A stretch of DNA of 64,000 nt from Tubulanus polymorphus (lineage: Eukaryota; Animalia; Nemertea), in contig NC_134034.1 of assembly GCF_964204645.1 (NCBI RefSeq), positions 3,179,814 to 3,243,813 on the forward strand. The letters run 5' to 3'. Made by a program: the position numbers and the translations under genes. Numbering within the stretch: position 1 is the stretch's first letter; each line of letters starts with the position of its first letter. The notes beneath the pieces were generated by a model. It worked only from the letters and a program-made list of their open reading frames with translations, had not been told where the DNA came from and searched no databases. This document shows positions 43,811 through 62,968 of this stretch, one piece after another.

Positions 43811-45559
43811 ATGAGTTCGTCACAATGCCGCAAAAAACCGACCGTCCACCAGGGGGCGAAGCTGTTTGAGTGCGAGTTCTGTGAAAAGAGTTTCAGTGGG
43901 AAATGGAATCTACGACAACACAAACTCTGCATACACGACCGCGTTCGGGTGTTTCAATGTGAAATCTGCTCCCGGACGTTTGGACGAAAAGGTCATTTAA
44001 AGCGACACATGACCATTCATAAGGACGCGAAGCCGTTCCAGTGCGACATTTGTAAACAGGGGTTCAGTCAGAAAGATAGCCTGCAGTACCATCTAATGAC
44101 AAACCACGACAACAGCGTGCGTCCATTTGAATGCGATCACTGCGATGAAACATTCACCAGAATACGAGACTTAAAAAAACACACGTCTTTCGTTCATCTG
44201 AAACTAAAACCGCACCAGTGCGCCACCTGTCAGAAGCATTTCGTTAATAAATTCGATCTGAAAAGACATATCGACGTTGTACATGAAGGCATCAGACCGT
44301 ATAAATGCGAAATCTGTCAGCGGACGTTTGGGCGAAGAACTCCATTAAATCTGCACATGACGCTCGTCCACCAGGGGGCGACGCCGTACCAGTGCAAGGT
44401 TTGTCGTAAACCGTTCGTTAATCAATCAAATTTGAAGAGACACGTCGAAGTCGTCCACGAAGGCTCTCAACCGTACACGTGTGCAATCTGTCAGCAGACG
44501 TTTGGAAAAGAGGGAAGTCTAAACCGGCACCTGGCAACCATCCACCAGGGGGCGAAGCTGTACCAATGCGAGATTTGTGAAGTGCGTTTTGCTCTGCGCA
44601 GTAACCTGAAGTACCATATAGAGACCATACATGACAGTGTCGGTCGGTTTAAATGTGATCACTGTGATAAAACATTCACCAGAAAGGCAATGCTGAAAGA
44701 TCATACATCTGCGGTTCATCTGATATCAAAGCCGCACAAGTGCGCCATCTGTGAGAAACGTTTCATAGGAATTACCAGTTTGAAAACACATGTCAAGATT
44801 GTGCACGAAGGCGTTCGGGCGTTTCAATGCGAAATCTGCCTCCGGACGTTTGGACAAAGAGGTCATTTAAAGCGACACATGACCATTCATAAGGAGGCGA
44901 AGGCGTTCCAGTGCGACATTTGTAAACGGGGGTTCGGTCAGAAAGATAGCCTGCAGTACCATTTAAAGACCATGCACGGCGGTGTGGGTCCGTTTAAATA
45001 TGATCACTGTGATAAAACATTCACCAGAAAGGCAACGCTGAAAGATCATACATCTGCGGTTCATCTGAAATTCATGCCGCACCAGCACGCCACTAATGAA
45101 AGGAGACTTCGGTGTAAACTCTGTTTGCAAAGTTATTCGTCCAGGGCTTCGCTGAATCAACATGTGAAAAACGTTCATCATCATTTTGAAACAGACGCCG
45201 ACTCTGAGAAGACAACGGAGGGGATGATGACAAACGCCGAGCAGGTCAACACGGATTCAGAAAGTGAGTCGAATTCCGAGACTGAGGTGAACACTCAGGT
45301 GAAGGAAACAAATGAGGTTAACGCAGTTTCTGAGATAGATGAGGAGACAAACGAGGTGAATACCGATTCTAAGAAGGTCGGCACAGATTCACATGATGTG
45401 TCCGATTCCGACACTGAGGAGGGAACAGAATCTGAGGCAGATTTTGAGGAAAAGGAAAGTGCTAATCCGATAAAAAAGATGAAATACAACAAATCATTTG
45501 CGTGGCAACACTATGCAGTGTGTTCTGGGAAAATATGGATATTTTTAGAGGATAATTGA
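43811..45559 (+). CDS. Multi-C2H2 zinc-finger protein with acidic tail, paralog 2
   Basis: High similarity to paralogs 1 and 3; two N-terminal fingers are missing and one finger is degenerate (YDHC). Confidence 0.9.
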   Translation: MSSSQCRKKPTVHQGAKLFECEFCEKSFSGKWNLRQHKLCIHDRVRVFQCEICSRTFGRKGHLKRHMTIHKDAKPFQCDICKQGFSQKDSLQYHLMTNHDNSVRPFECDHCDETFTRIRDLKKHTSFVHLKLKPHQCATCQKHFVNKFDLKRHIDVVHEGIRPYKCEICQRTFGRRTPLNLHMTLVHQGATPYQCKVCRKPFVNQSNLKRHVEVVHEGSQPYTCAICQQTFGKEGSLNRHLATIHQGAKLYQCEICEVRFALRSNLKYHIETIHDSVGRFKCDHCDKTFTRKAMLKDHTSAVHLISKPHKCAICEKRFIGITSLKTHVKIVHEGVRAFQCEICLRTFGQRGHLKRHMTIHKEAKAFQCDICKRGFGQKDSLQYHLKTMHGGVGPFKYDHCDKTFTRKATLKDHTSAVHLKFMPHQHATNERRLRCKLCLQSYSSRASLNQHVKNVHHHFETDADSEKTTEGMMTNAEQVNTDSESESNSETEVNTQVKETNEVNAVSEIDEETNEVNTDSKKVGTDSHDVSDSDTEEGTESEADFEEKESANPIKKMKYNKSFAWQHYAVCSGKIWIFLEDN

Positions 45560-46850
45560 TCATGAATTATCGACACCAGGCAGCAGCAGTTCTATTGCCA
45601 ATGACAAAATTAACCAAATGACATAGAGATAATCTTGATCATGTTTCATGTTTAGCATAACTCAACGATGATAATTATCTTCAGTTTTTGATGAAGATAA
45701 TGGTGTTGTTTAGCGGTGTTGTCTGAGAAAATATAGATTTTCACTCATAGACAATGTATAGCAATTCATCAACTTATCTAAATCTTAGGGGCGGATTTAG
45801 ACCGTGTGGCCCGACACGGTCGGAATTTTAAAGCGCCTTTTTATTTTTTCTCTTATCAAAATTTTCCGTTGTAACCACCTGAGATACACCATAGATATTT
45901 TTCTTAAATATATAACCTATGTTTCTTGACTACATGCCTCTCAGAGATGCTTAGAAAGCTCTAAAACGATAGTAAAATTTCAACAATTTTGCTGATATGC
46001 CTTTCCGCCCTAAATTAAGAATATATGCCCTTTTTATTGGTCGACATGGTCACAACATGCCCCTGGATCCGCCCGTGAATCGAGATAGATTTTTCCGATG
46101 TTTAGTGGAATAATGATGATGATCTGCAATTGGTAGTTGCGTCACCGAATGAGCCAAAACGGCTGAACTTACGGTGGAACCTCGTCACGACAAACATCAG
46201 GGGACCATGAAGTCTGTTCGTTATATCTGGTTACATGAAAATAATTTATATTGTCGCGTTTGGGATGAAATTCTAGTTTTGTAGTATGTAACTGATAAAT
46301 CATTATCTGAGGTTGTCATGTTAGTAAAAACAGGTCAGCATAGGTATCAATCTGCATCAATTGGATTGTCTCGGGTGAAGTCGTGTACGTGTGAAGTGTG
46401 GACACTTAGTTTTTAAAAGTCTGCTGATAAAATGTCTGATGTCAGGTGTTTTTAGTTCATTTTCATTTACAAAATGTCTCGGGTGAAGTTCCGACACACA
46501 TGTGAAGTCTCATCCCTCCTCGGCAGGGAATCGAACCTAATGGCATCGCTACACTCAGCCACTGTACGAAACCCTGTACACTAGACCAGGTATGCAGGTA
46601 CATACACAGCTTAGAAGATGTCATTTTCAGCCAGATCAGAAATCCCGTTTTATCTTAGCCCGGGTTTTCCGATACAACTGATTTTAAGTTACAATTTATA
46701 TTTATATTCACTATTGTTGCTTATGATTACCCGTTGATTTGGTTCCCTTTAATCTATTTTACAGCGTGTAACTGTTTCTACGTTAATTTTCCTTAGTTTG
46801 TATCATCTCTGATTACTTGAATTAGTCTCTATATTTTTTGTTGTATCTCA

Positions 46851-46896
46851 TTATTCCTGAAGATGACTATTAGGATATAGTCGAAACGTTGAATAA
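46851..46896 (+). ncRNA. Solo minimal hammerhead ribozyme in a Penelope-like terminal fragment (about 46680-46957)
   Basis: TTATTC-CTGAAGA-TGACTAT...ATAGTC-GAAA-CGTT-GAATAA; the core is identical to that of the array at 1-615. Confidence 0.75.
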
Positions 46897-47994
46897 ACTA
46901 CTATATCAAAGTTACATTTTCGGAATTTTTCCTTATCATTTTGGGATTCTCTCTACACTGGGTTTTCGATTTTCCGTCTCATAACGTCATGATTTCTCTC
47001 TCATGAGTTCTCCCTAAAATATCAAGAATTCCCTGAACTGTTGTAACTTGATTTCGTCCCTAGATATGAAAATGTTTGTATTGTATATTTGTCTTTTAAA
47101 TTGTGGTATGCCGATTATATATTTGGCACAATAAAGGTCGGATTGAATTTGGAATAAATCGGGACTCGAACTTATGTTCATTTAGTAGACGGCGCTTTGA
47201 TCGAAAATGCTGGCCGAAATAATCAATAACGTGCGGCGCGTTGTTTAACATAGCAAGGAGAAAAGGACTATCACAAACTGGCCCTTTAAATTCTCCTATC
47301 GTACCAGTATGCTGGCAATTCCCAGCGATCAATCGCATCTCGTGTTATTTCGAGACAAAACAAACACCAAGGAGAAGGTTTCAATTTTACAGTACACCGT
47401 CACACGTCGTCACGACGACTGAGCCGAGACTCGGTAAGCAGGTAAGTTGTTTTGATGCCGATGGTCCAAAAAAGCGCTGTCGTTCCGTTACTGCAGTTTG
47501 GGTCACCTTTCCACTGTGTGGTGCTAGTTTAGTTATGGTTAGGTAAGCTGGTAAGGTACATAACCATTAGGGACACCAGGTCCGGGACACCTAACCTGCA
47601 GTCGCTCCGCTTGCCAATTTTAAAAAATTTTCTGGGGAAGGACTTGCCAAACCCCCCAATTTGGATTTGTGCACCCCCTCCATGAAATCCTTTATCCGCC
47701 CACATCGCCAGCCAATCGCGTACAGATACCCAGTGTACAGTAGACTTCGCTCGAGTTGGATCTTTTGGGGCTGTTAAAATGTGTCCAACTTGAGAGTGAT
47801 ATCCGTATTGTTTGTCATATCTAGTCAACCCATGTTATACCAATATCACTGTATAGATATGTTTGTTTGTTTAGTTTTTTGGCTTAACGTCGCTTTATCA
47901 TTGAAAAATTGATCTACGGCCATGAACATTAAATCATCAAAACAGCGCACATAAAACAGCGAGTGTGTAAACATAAATTTAATCCTTAATCCTA

Positions 47995-48482
47995 ATGTTT
48001 ATTTCAACCTGGCTTGAGTGCATCCCGAATGGCCTAGCTCAGGCAGTTTTGGTAGAACATACCTGATAAAAATCTTATTAGGGCCAGAATGCATTGGCAG
48101 CTGACCTAAAATATCGCTTTTTAATCGACTTTTTTAAACTGTATTGAAGGATATCCAAAAAATCTGCATTGAGAGGGGTTCCTGATAGAAAAGAGACTCC
48201 GTGATTTGAAAGTTAAACAATATGTCTCCATGCCTACCAACTGAAGTTTGATACGTAGGCATGGAACATCACAAATCATGGAGTCACTTCTCTTCATTTA
48301 ACCTCTTACAGTGAAGACTTTGTGGATATCCTTCAATACAGTTTCAAATGGATTAAAAAATGATGATTTAGGTCGACTCCCAGTCCTTTCTGGACCTATT
48401 AAGACCTTTATCGGGTATGTACTACCAAAAATGAGCGAGCTAGGCCACCCGGAATGCTCTCAAGTCAGGTTGAAACAGACAT
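47995..48482. mobile_element. MITE with ~80-bp TIRs and TA target duplication
   Basis: ATGTTTATTTCAACCTG...CAGGTTGAAACAGACAT flanked by TA. The empty site CCTAGTAATCC is present in paralog 1 (about 30512-30522). Confidence 0.9.
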
Positions 48483-48804
48483 TAGTAATCCTGCCGTGGA
48501 AATATCCAGTGTTTTGAAGCATGAAACAACCTGAAGCGGATCTCTTTACCACATTACATACTGTGCTGAAAAAAGTCAACACTTTTCATTCATAAATTCA
48601 TTTTTGAGGTTGGAAGGGGTCTCATTACTTAGCGGGTTATTCAAAGTAGGAGAACTGTTGAATTTTTTTAGACGGCCGGCAGTGAACGTGTTAAAGTGGA
48701 GTGTCTACTCTATGTTGGACCTTATCTTAATCATTTTTGACCCCGTTAATGTGCAATTCCGTTTGTTTTTAGATTCGACGTTAGGCTGATTTTTGAACGT
48801 CGCA

Positions 48805-50721
48805 ATGAGTTCGTCACAACACCACGAAGAATCGACCGTCCACCAGGGGGCGAAGCTGTTCGAGTGCGAGTTGTGTGAAAAGAGTTTCAGCAAGAAATGG
48901 AATCTACGACAACACAAACTCCGCATGCACGACCGCGTGCATCGGTTTAAATGCGATCGCTGCGATAAATCATTCTATGCCAAACTACAGTTAGATTATC
49001 ACATGTCCGCCATTCATTTGAAATTAAAGCCGCACCAGTGCGCCATCTGTGAGAAACGTTTCACAGCAATTGACAGTATGAAAGCACATATGAAGATTGT
49101 GCACGAAGGCGTTCGCGCGTTTCAATGTGAAATCTGTCAGCAGACGTTTGGACGAAAAGGTAGTTTAAAGCGACACATGTCAGTTCACCAGGAGGCGAAG
49201 CCGTTCCAGTGCGACATTTGTAAACGTGGGTTCCGTCAGAAAGGTGCCCTGCAGTACCACATAATGGCAAACCACGACTTCAGCGTGCGTCCATTTGAAT
49301 GCGATCACTGCGATAAAACATTCACCAAAATACGAGACTTAAAAGTTCACACGTCTTTCGTTCATCTGAAACTAAAACCGCACCAGTGCGCCACCTGTCA
49401 GAAACATTTTGTTAATAAATTCGAACTGAAAAGTCATATCGACGTCATACACGAAGGCATCAGACGGTATAAATGCGAAATCTGTCAGCAGTCGTTTGGG
49501 CGAAAACCTCAATTAATTCGGCACGTGACGCTCACCCACCATGGGGTGAAGCCGTACCAGTGCAAGGTTTGTCGAAAACCGTTCGTTAATCAATCAAACT
49601 TGAAGAGCCACGTCGAAGTCGTCCATGAAGGCGTTCAACCGTACACGTGTGCAATCTGTCAGCAGACGTTTGGAAAAGAGGGAAGTCTAAACCGGCACCT
49701 GACAACCATCCACCAGGGGGCGAAGCTGTACCAATGCGAGATTTGTGAAGCGCGTTTTGCTTTGAACAGTAACCTGAAGTACCATTTAAAGACCATACAC
49801 GGCGGTGTGGGTTCGTTTAAATGTGATCACTGCGGTGAAACATTTACCAGCAAGGCAGCGCTGAAAGATCATACATCTTCGGTTCATCTGAAAAAGCCGC
49901 ACCAGTGCGCCATCTGTGAGAAACGTTTCATAGCAATTACCAGTTTGAAAAGACATGTCAAGATCGTGCACGAAGGCGTTCGGGCGTTTCAATGCGAAAT
50001 CTGCCTTAGGACGTTTGGACTAAAAGGTCATTTAAAGCGACACATGACCATTCATAAGGAAGCGAAGCCGTTCCAGTGCAAGATTTGTAAACAGGGGTTC
50101 AGTCAGAAAGATAGCCTGCAGTACCATTTAAAGACCATGCACGGCGGTGTGGGTCTGTTTAAATGTGATCACTGTGATAAAACATTCACCAGAAAGGCAA
50201 CGCTGAAAGATCATACATCTGCGGTTCATCTGAAATCAACGCCGCACCAACGGTCCACTGGAAGGAGATTTCGGTGTAAACTCTGTTTGAAGAATTATTT
50301 GTACAAGGCTGCGCTGAATCAACATATGAAAAACGTTCATCATCATTTTGAAACAGACGCCGACTCTGAGAAGACAACGGAGGGGATGATGACAAACGCC
50401 GAGCAGGTCAACACGGATTCAGAAAGTGAGTCCGATTCCGAGACTAAAGTGAACACTCAGGTGAAGGAGACAAATGAGGCTAATACAGTTTCTGAGATAG
50501 ATGATGAGACAAATGAGGCGAATACTGATTCTAAAAAGGTCGGCACGCATTCACATGATGAGTCTGATTCCGACGCGGATGAGGGAACCGAATCTGAGGC
50601 AGACTTTGAGGAAAAGGAAAGTGTGAATCCGATAAAAAAGATGAAATACGACAAATCATTCGCGTGGCAACACTATGCAGTGTGTTCTGGGAGAATATGG
50701 ATATTTTTAGACGATAATTGA
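48805..50721 (+). CDS. Multi-C2H2 zinc-finger protein with acidic tail, paralog 3
   Basis: Tandem C2H2 units; C-terminus shared with paralog 2. Confidence 0.9.
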   Translation: MSSSQHHEESTVHQGAKLFECELCEKSFSKKWNLRQHKLRMHDRVHRFKCDRCDKSFYAKLQLDYHMSAIHLKLKPHQCAICEKRFTAIDSMKAHMKIVHEGVRAFQCEICQQTFGRKGSLKRHMSVHQEAKPFQCDICKRGFRQKGALQYHIMANHDFSVRPFECDHCDKTFTKIRDLKVHTSFVHLKLKPHQCATCQKHFVNKFELKSHIDVIHEGIRRYKCEICQQSFGRKPQLIRHVTLTHHGVKPYQCKVCRKPFVNQSNLKSHVEVVHEGVQPYTCAICQQTFGKEGSLNRHLTTIHQGAKLYQCEICEARFALNSNLKYHLKTIHGGVGSFKCDHCGETFTSKAALKDHTSSVHLKKPHQCAICEKRFIAITSLKRHVKIVHEGVRAFQCEICLRTFGLKGHLKRHMTIHKEAKPFQCKICKQGFSQKDSLQYHLKTMHGGVGLFKCDHCDKTFTRKATLKDHTSAVHLKSTPHQRSTGRRFRCKLCLKNYLYKAALNQHMKNVHHHFETDADSEKTTEGMMTNAEQVNTDSESESDSETKVNTQVKETNEANTVSEIDDETNEANTDSKKVGTHSHDESDSDADEGTESEADFEEKESVNPIKKMKYDKSFAWQHYAVCSGRIWIFLDDN

Positions 50722-51665
50722 TTATGAATAATCGACAGCAGGCAGCAACAGTTCCATTGCCAATGACAAAATTAACCAAATGACATAGAGATAATCTTGA
50801 TCATGTTTTTAACTCAACCATGATAATTATCTTCAGTTTTTGATGAAGATAATGGTGTTGTTTAGCGGTGTTGTCTGAGAAAATATAGATTTTCATTCAT
50901 GAAATAGACAATGTATAGCAATTCATCAACTTATCTAAATGGAGATTGACACCAGGTGGCAGCGGTTCTTTTTTCCGTTAGATTTATCCGATGTTTAGCG
51001 GAATAATGATGATGATCTGCAATTGGTAGTTGCGTCACCGAATCAGCCAAAACGGCTGTAATTACGGTGGAACCTCGTCACGACGAATATCAGGGGACCA
51101 TGAAGTCTGTTCATTATATCTAGTTACATGTATATGAAAATAATTGATATTGTCGCATTTGGGATGAAATTCTAGTTGTGTAATATGTCACTGATAAATC
51201 ATTATCTGAGGCTGATATAACAAGGTTTCACAGTACATGTACTAAGGTTTGAGGACGGCAACATTCTTCCCCCAGCAGGGATTCGAACCTGATGGCATCG
51301 AGATTGCCTCGGTACGAAACCCTGCCACACTAGGCCGAGTGCCCGCAGCTTTAGATGATGTCATTATCAGCCAATCAGATGTCCTGTTAAATTTTAGCCC
51401 GGGTTTTCCCATTTATAGTTCTTTCGTGAAATTTACCTCAGCGATTATACAAAGAGCAATCAGATTGGTGCTGCAAGTTTTCATGCAAGCTGCGCATGTA
51501 GTTGCGCACCCGGTTTAGTGTGACAGGGGCTCGTGCCGTGGTTCGAATTCCTGCTGAGGGAGGATGGTGTCTTCATGTCTTAACTTCATTTCTGAATGGC
51601 AAACATGAAGAGGAAGTTTCAGAACCCCAAGTGTTAAAACATGCAGGAAATTTCGATGCTTTTAA

Positions 51666-51952
51666 CCCTTTCAGTGCGTCTACACCGCAGTGCGGTGTAT
51701 AAATCACTGATGGATTTTGCTGGTACACTGCATTGCGGTGTATTGATTTAATTAGCAATTGATAATTATCTCTCTTGGACAATGGCCGCACCTGTCAAAC
51801 ATAGTGAAATATTAATAACTAACGATACACCGCACCGCAGTGTAGAAGCACTACGTGGTATTTCCGTTATTCAACACACTAGGGTGGAATTTTTAAAAAT
51901 TTTCAAATTATCTTCAGCTCTATAGGGTAATAATTAGTCAGCACTGAAAGGG
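51666..51952. mobile_element. piggyBac-type MITE
   Basis: TTAA|CCCTTTCAGTGC...GCACTGAAAGGG|TTAA; related copies at about 56089-56450 and 61061-61338. Confidence 0.85.
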
Positions 51953-54900
51953 TTAAGATGCTCGAAATTCCTTCAATTTTGAGAAATTTTGTCGGATTTG
52001 TTGTAAAAGAGTAGACTCTGCTTACATTGTTGGAGTTGGGAGCAGGACTTCTTTTTACCCAATTAGGTGGTTACCAAATTTGAAACCGAGCAGCTAGTGT
52101 ATAGAATAAAAATGTTCTTACAAAACCACTGAATTAATGGTTTATGGAAGTGAACAGTACCGATTTAGGAGGAGTCGACTCTAATTGGGATACATATGTT
52201 ACAAGTGATACAGACACTGATCTGTAGGGACCCCCTTATGCAGTTATCAACCAGCTGGGGCTAGTTGGTTAAAAATAACCAGCAGATAAATAGCATGGTA
52301 ACCTTTCATTATCACTATGTCAATTACCCACTGGTTAATTGTAACCAACTTTTTGGCAACCCGGTCCCTGTATGTACACAACCCCTGCAGACGTTCGACA
52401 GACTGTCACCATTTTCCCATTTTCCCAAAACATGTCCGTCCAGGACAATTATCTTTGAAAATGATTGTTGTCGTGTCTGAACCATCAATATACATGGTTC
52501 CCACAGAACAGGGAAATTTGGAAAAACTTGGGAATTTTAAAATAATAATTCCCGGTTTGGATATTTTTGGGAATTTGAAAGATTTTCCTCAAATCAGGGA
52601 AATATTTGGGAAGTTCATTACATTTCACGTATTGCATTCGCCAAAGGGCAACTTTCTTCTGCGATTTCCCTTGAAAATCACCTTTATCAACCAGTCACCG
52701 CTAAAATGTTGACTGTAGTATGACGATATCTGTTCATTACCATTTTGGAAAATTGAAAAATCACTGAAATACTTGGGAAAAACTTGGGAATTTTGAATTC
52801 ATATAACAGTGGGAACCATGAATATAAGACAAAGACATTCACCATTCGTGAAAAATATGTTCGTCCGCACTGCAAGTCAAAAGTCGATCGTCTGCACGGT
52901 TGGGTACTGACAGCAGATTGACAGCTGCATTACGGGGTTTTAACCGTGAATAGAAAAACTGAAAAAGAGAACGCTAGTTTTAAATTGTACCGTGTTCAAG
53001 CATAGATCATGATTTTATTGATTCAATCACAACACATATGTATGGAGTAAGTATAACACCGAGTTGACCACATATAGAGATATATATACACAGGAACTAG
53101 CGACAGCAGCAGCGTCTGATTGCTGGAGCCCCCTGGTGGTGGCGGAGAGATCAAACACTCAGGCTATTATGAAGTTCGCCGCTTTACATCGATCATTTAT
53201 TAATTTAGAACACAGTATAATATTTATACGGCACAATACAGAAAAGTCTGGCGTCAATAGACCTCCCGCAACTTGCCGCTCCCCCCCCATATTGACTAAC
53301 CTACCTTGGACCTTAGGCCCCCGACTCATATCTATGATCCCTCAACCTTTAGTCCCTTAACTATCCCTGGCCGACTCTGTCAACTAAAACATCACCCAGC
53401 CCCAGTGTAAATTATCCTCACTCTAGACTAGCCTTCCCAGCCTTCTTTTTGAAAATACCCCATTACCCAACCCGCTAATCTACCTACCTGCTCACCCTGT
53501 TCCGATTTAACCCTCATTCACCACCCTGACCAACTCGCCCTGATCGGTCCCTTCAATGAACCAATCCTAATGGGGGACTATCAATTATACAATAATGTCA
53601 TAATATTTAAATTGAAGTACCAAGGGCGGATCCAGGCGCCAATTTTGAAGAACATGTCCCGTCCGAAAAGGGCACATTGCTGTCCTAGAGGGGATACATG
53701 TATTAGGGATGCTCCTGCGCTGAAATGCACCATTTTCTCGGTCGGAAAAATGAAAATGGGCACTTCTGATAGCCTCGCACTTAGTCTCACAACTCAGGTC
53801 CCCCTGGATCCGCCCCTGAGTACTCTCATGAGCAGATGAGAATTAGTTTTGGATCGTACTCTAATCCAGGTATAATTCACACCTAGCTTCAACCAGAACC
53901 CATACGTGAGACAGTGGAAATACATCTCAGGGGTTGTGTATATCCCTTATTTTAAAAAAAAGTTTGAAAAATAAAACCTTGTTCACACGCTTGACTATAA
54001 AGGGGGTTAGTAGAAACATAACAAACGCACACACTATTTCGAACGATAAATAAAACTCGAGTCTCATGTCAGCCCCTACTCTGTAGAACAATTAACTAAC
54101 CCTCAGCTGTTCTTCAAAATACATTTGAAAAAATTCACAGGACTACGCATGTTAGAATCCTGAAGCGTGGGGGCTCCCGCAAAAGAGTTCGAGCTACACC
54201 AATTTTTAATTCAAAAACCACAAATGCTATACACTTACAGTTAAAGTCCTTTTCCATTGAATTCCAGTCAAATTGAGCTTTTATTCTCTATTAATTTATT
54301 CTCGGCAAAGAATGTTGGCGTTATAGTGTTGACCAGTGGCGTTATAAAAAGATGGCAGCTTTATAACCATCTTGCTTACCGCCCAAAGCTCACGCCATCG
54401 CAAACCGTTCACTACCCAAGATTTCTAGGGCGGACAGGTTGCTGATCGGCTGATTGGCGTGAGCTTCTGCGGGCAGCAATCAAACCCTGGCAAGTGAAGA
54501 TGCGTTATAACAGACTTTGACTATGACAACATGCACCTACGCGACATAAAGTGATAAAATATTCTTCGCAATTTTTCGCATTCGCCTTAAAACCGGCGTT
54601 AAAAGCACAGATTTTTTAAAAATGCATCATGTCGACTCTGACTAAAGATGAATAAATAAATGGAATGCAGGATTTTGACTAGAAAAACAGGAATCACAAA
54701 CTTCGATGCGGAAACAACTCTGATAGTTTTAATGACCGAGCGCTTCGCGAGCTCGATGAAAATGGTAATCATCTTTGAACACTTATATAACACAATATTT
54801 TGTCATGTACCTTTTTGGCAGATTAATCGGGTCGACACCGTTGTACAGGACACTTTGATTATTTACTTACGGCTAGAGCGAAGACTAGTGATAATGCGGT

Positions 54901-56624
54901 CAGCGCCCCCTGTTAGTAAAAACAACAAACCGGTAACAAATACACACGCATATAGCACTTGGTCAGCGTAGGTATCAATCTGCAGGTTGGATTGTCTCAG
55001 GTGAAGTCGTGGACACTCAGTTTTCAAAATTGTGCTGATAAAATGTCTAATGTCTGGTGTTTTTAGTTCATTTTCATTTACAAAAATGTCTCGGGTGAAG
55101 TTCCGAACACATGTGAAGTCTCATCCTCCCTTCGCAAGGATTGGAACCTGAACCGGTGCGAAACCCTGCCACACTAGACCGGACCGGCCTCAAAACTCAT
55201 TAGTATCCAATGTCAGAGGCGGGATGCAAAGTCCACCGACTGCAGATTGATACCGGCAAAAAGCTTTCATAAAACTAAGCGAGTATTTTTTACAGGGTTA
55301 AACAGCCCCTCGTCTCAAACAACTTGCGACGACGAAGTATGTATAATAATCATTTTTTGAGCGCAATTTGTTTAAGTACCTACAACAAATAGCACATCGA
55401 CACATTCATTTTATCAGAAATTCCTAAAACGAAATCGATATGGGGTTCACTTTTCTGCACGGCATTGGGTCTAACTATGAACTCAATATGATAGGCCCCT
55501 ATTTACTATAATTATTCCCGCTTAGTGAAATGAACACCACCCTATCACAGAAAAATTTCGTAAAGAACTAACTGTACGAAAAACAAATTTTCCTAACTTA
55601 AGTAACCTAGGCTTAAATTTGTCCGTCAAGCAGAATTTCACCGGCCCGGCACGACTAGCATTACGGCATACAAGCCACAAATTCGACTCTAAGAGAACTC
55701 TTTTTTACGGTGACAGAGAAACTCTGAGTTAATCAGGAATAAGTACCGAGTTTACAACTCGAAATGCTGACAGATAAGAAAAAAAAAAACACCACGATCC
55801 AGTTCCACAGAGTGAACGTCAGTTAATTTCCCGATGTTTAAACAACACTAAGGTCATATCTAATAACCGCAAATTGGCGATCTGGATATTCTTCTTAAGT
55901 ACGTTTACACAGAGAACGAATATAACTCCGGTTCTACAAGCGAATGAAGCCGACTCTAGTTACTATAGTTTAACGATATTCCAACAGTGGTTTTCGGCTG
56001 AACGATTCCACACCGATATCACTCGAAAGTAGAGACCCCACTTAATCCCGATATGGTTCGCCGATAATGCGAGTTAAAACCGACTGAACCCTTTCAGTGC
56101 TGACCAAGCAATACCCTAAAGTGCCAGAGATAATCGGAAAATTTGAAAAAATTCAACCCTAGTGCCTTGCATCCGACAGAACAAGCGTACCATTGTAGTG
56201 AATTTACACTTTGGTGCGGTGTATCAAGTCACCAATGCTGGTGCTTATCTTTCAGTAGAACAACTAGATGCTGATAGCATCAAAATACACCATGATGCAG
56301 TGTATCAGCTAAGTCCATCAGTGATTTATACACCGCGCTGAGTGTAGACACACCGAAAGGGTAATATTAACTAATAAATACGTAATTACATCCATGCACT
56401 GCGGTGTACTAGTGAAGTCGATCGCAAATTAATACACCGCACTGAAAGGGTTCATCTGGTCAATCATTCTGGACCGATGAAATCTATTCGGCGAAAAATC
56501 ATAGCTAGAGTAAAACCAGTTTTAATCCGGATGATTGCGGAACCGATAAGATTACGTACCGCGATCGGGATCGAGCGCGGATCTACTATTTCCGTATCCG
56601 TGGATGTTTCCAAAGGGGCGACGA

Positions 56625-61969
<5,345 letters not shown>

Positions 61970-62083
61970 GACCTAACGCAGGGACCTGGACACAGCTGCA
62001 CGTACCGCTAACCACTGACTTAAAAAATAAAACACGGGATTATTTATTTCTTGACATGGAACAACATGTTCACTGCTGACTCA

Positions 62084-62968
62084 GAGACATCTCATGGTTA
62101 CAGTTCTATCATCAAAGCCACTATGAGATATCTTGTGGTTCCAGTTCAGCCATCATTGCCACTATGAGATATCTCGTATTTACAATTCAGCCATCATTGC
62201 CACTATGAGATATCTTGTAGTTCCAGTTCAGCCATCATTGCCACTATGAGATATCTCGTAGTTACAATTCAGCCATCATTGCCACTATGAGATATCTTAT
62301 GATTCCAGTTCAGCCATCATTGCCACTATGAGATATCTTATGATTCCAGTTCAGCCATCATTGCCACTATGAGATATCTTATGATTCCAGTTCAGCCATC
62401 ATTGCCACTATGAGATATCTTATGATTCCAGTTCAGCCATCATTGCCACTATGAGATATCTCGTAGTTACAATTCAGCCATCATTGCCACTAGTATATCT
62501 TGTAATTCCAGTTCAGCCATCATTGCCACTATGAGATATCTTGTAATGCCAGTTCAGCCATCATTGCCACTATGAGATATCTTATGATTCCAGTTCAGCC
62601 ATCATTGCCACTATGAGATATCTTATGATTCCAGTTCAGCCATCATTGCCACTATGAGATATCTCGTAGTTACAATTCAGCCATCATTGCCACTAGTATA
62701 TCTTGTAATTCCAGTTCAGCCATCATTGCCACTATGAGATATCTTGTAATGCCAGTTCAGCCATCATTGCCACTATGATATATCTCGTAGTTCCAATTCA
62801 GCCATCATTGCCACTATGATATATCTCGTAGTTCCAATTCAGCCATCATTGCCACTATGAGATATCTCGTAGTTACAATTCAGCCAACATTGCCACTATG
62901 AGATATCTTGTAGTTCCAGTTCAGGCATCATTGCCACTATGAGATATCCCATAGTTACAAATCAGCCA
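62084..62968. repeat. 41-bp minisatellite (~21 units)
   Basis: CAGCCATCATTGCCACTATGAGATATCTYGTAGTTMCARTT repeated with period 41. Confidence 0.93.
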
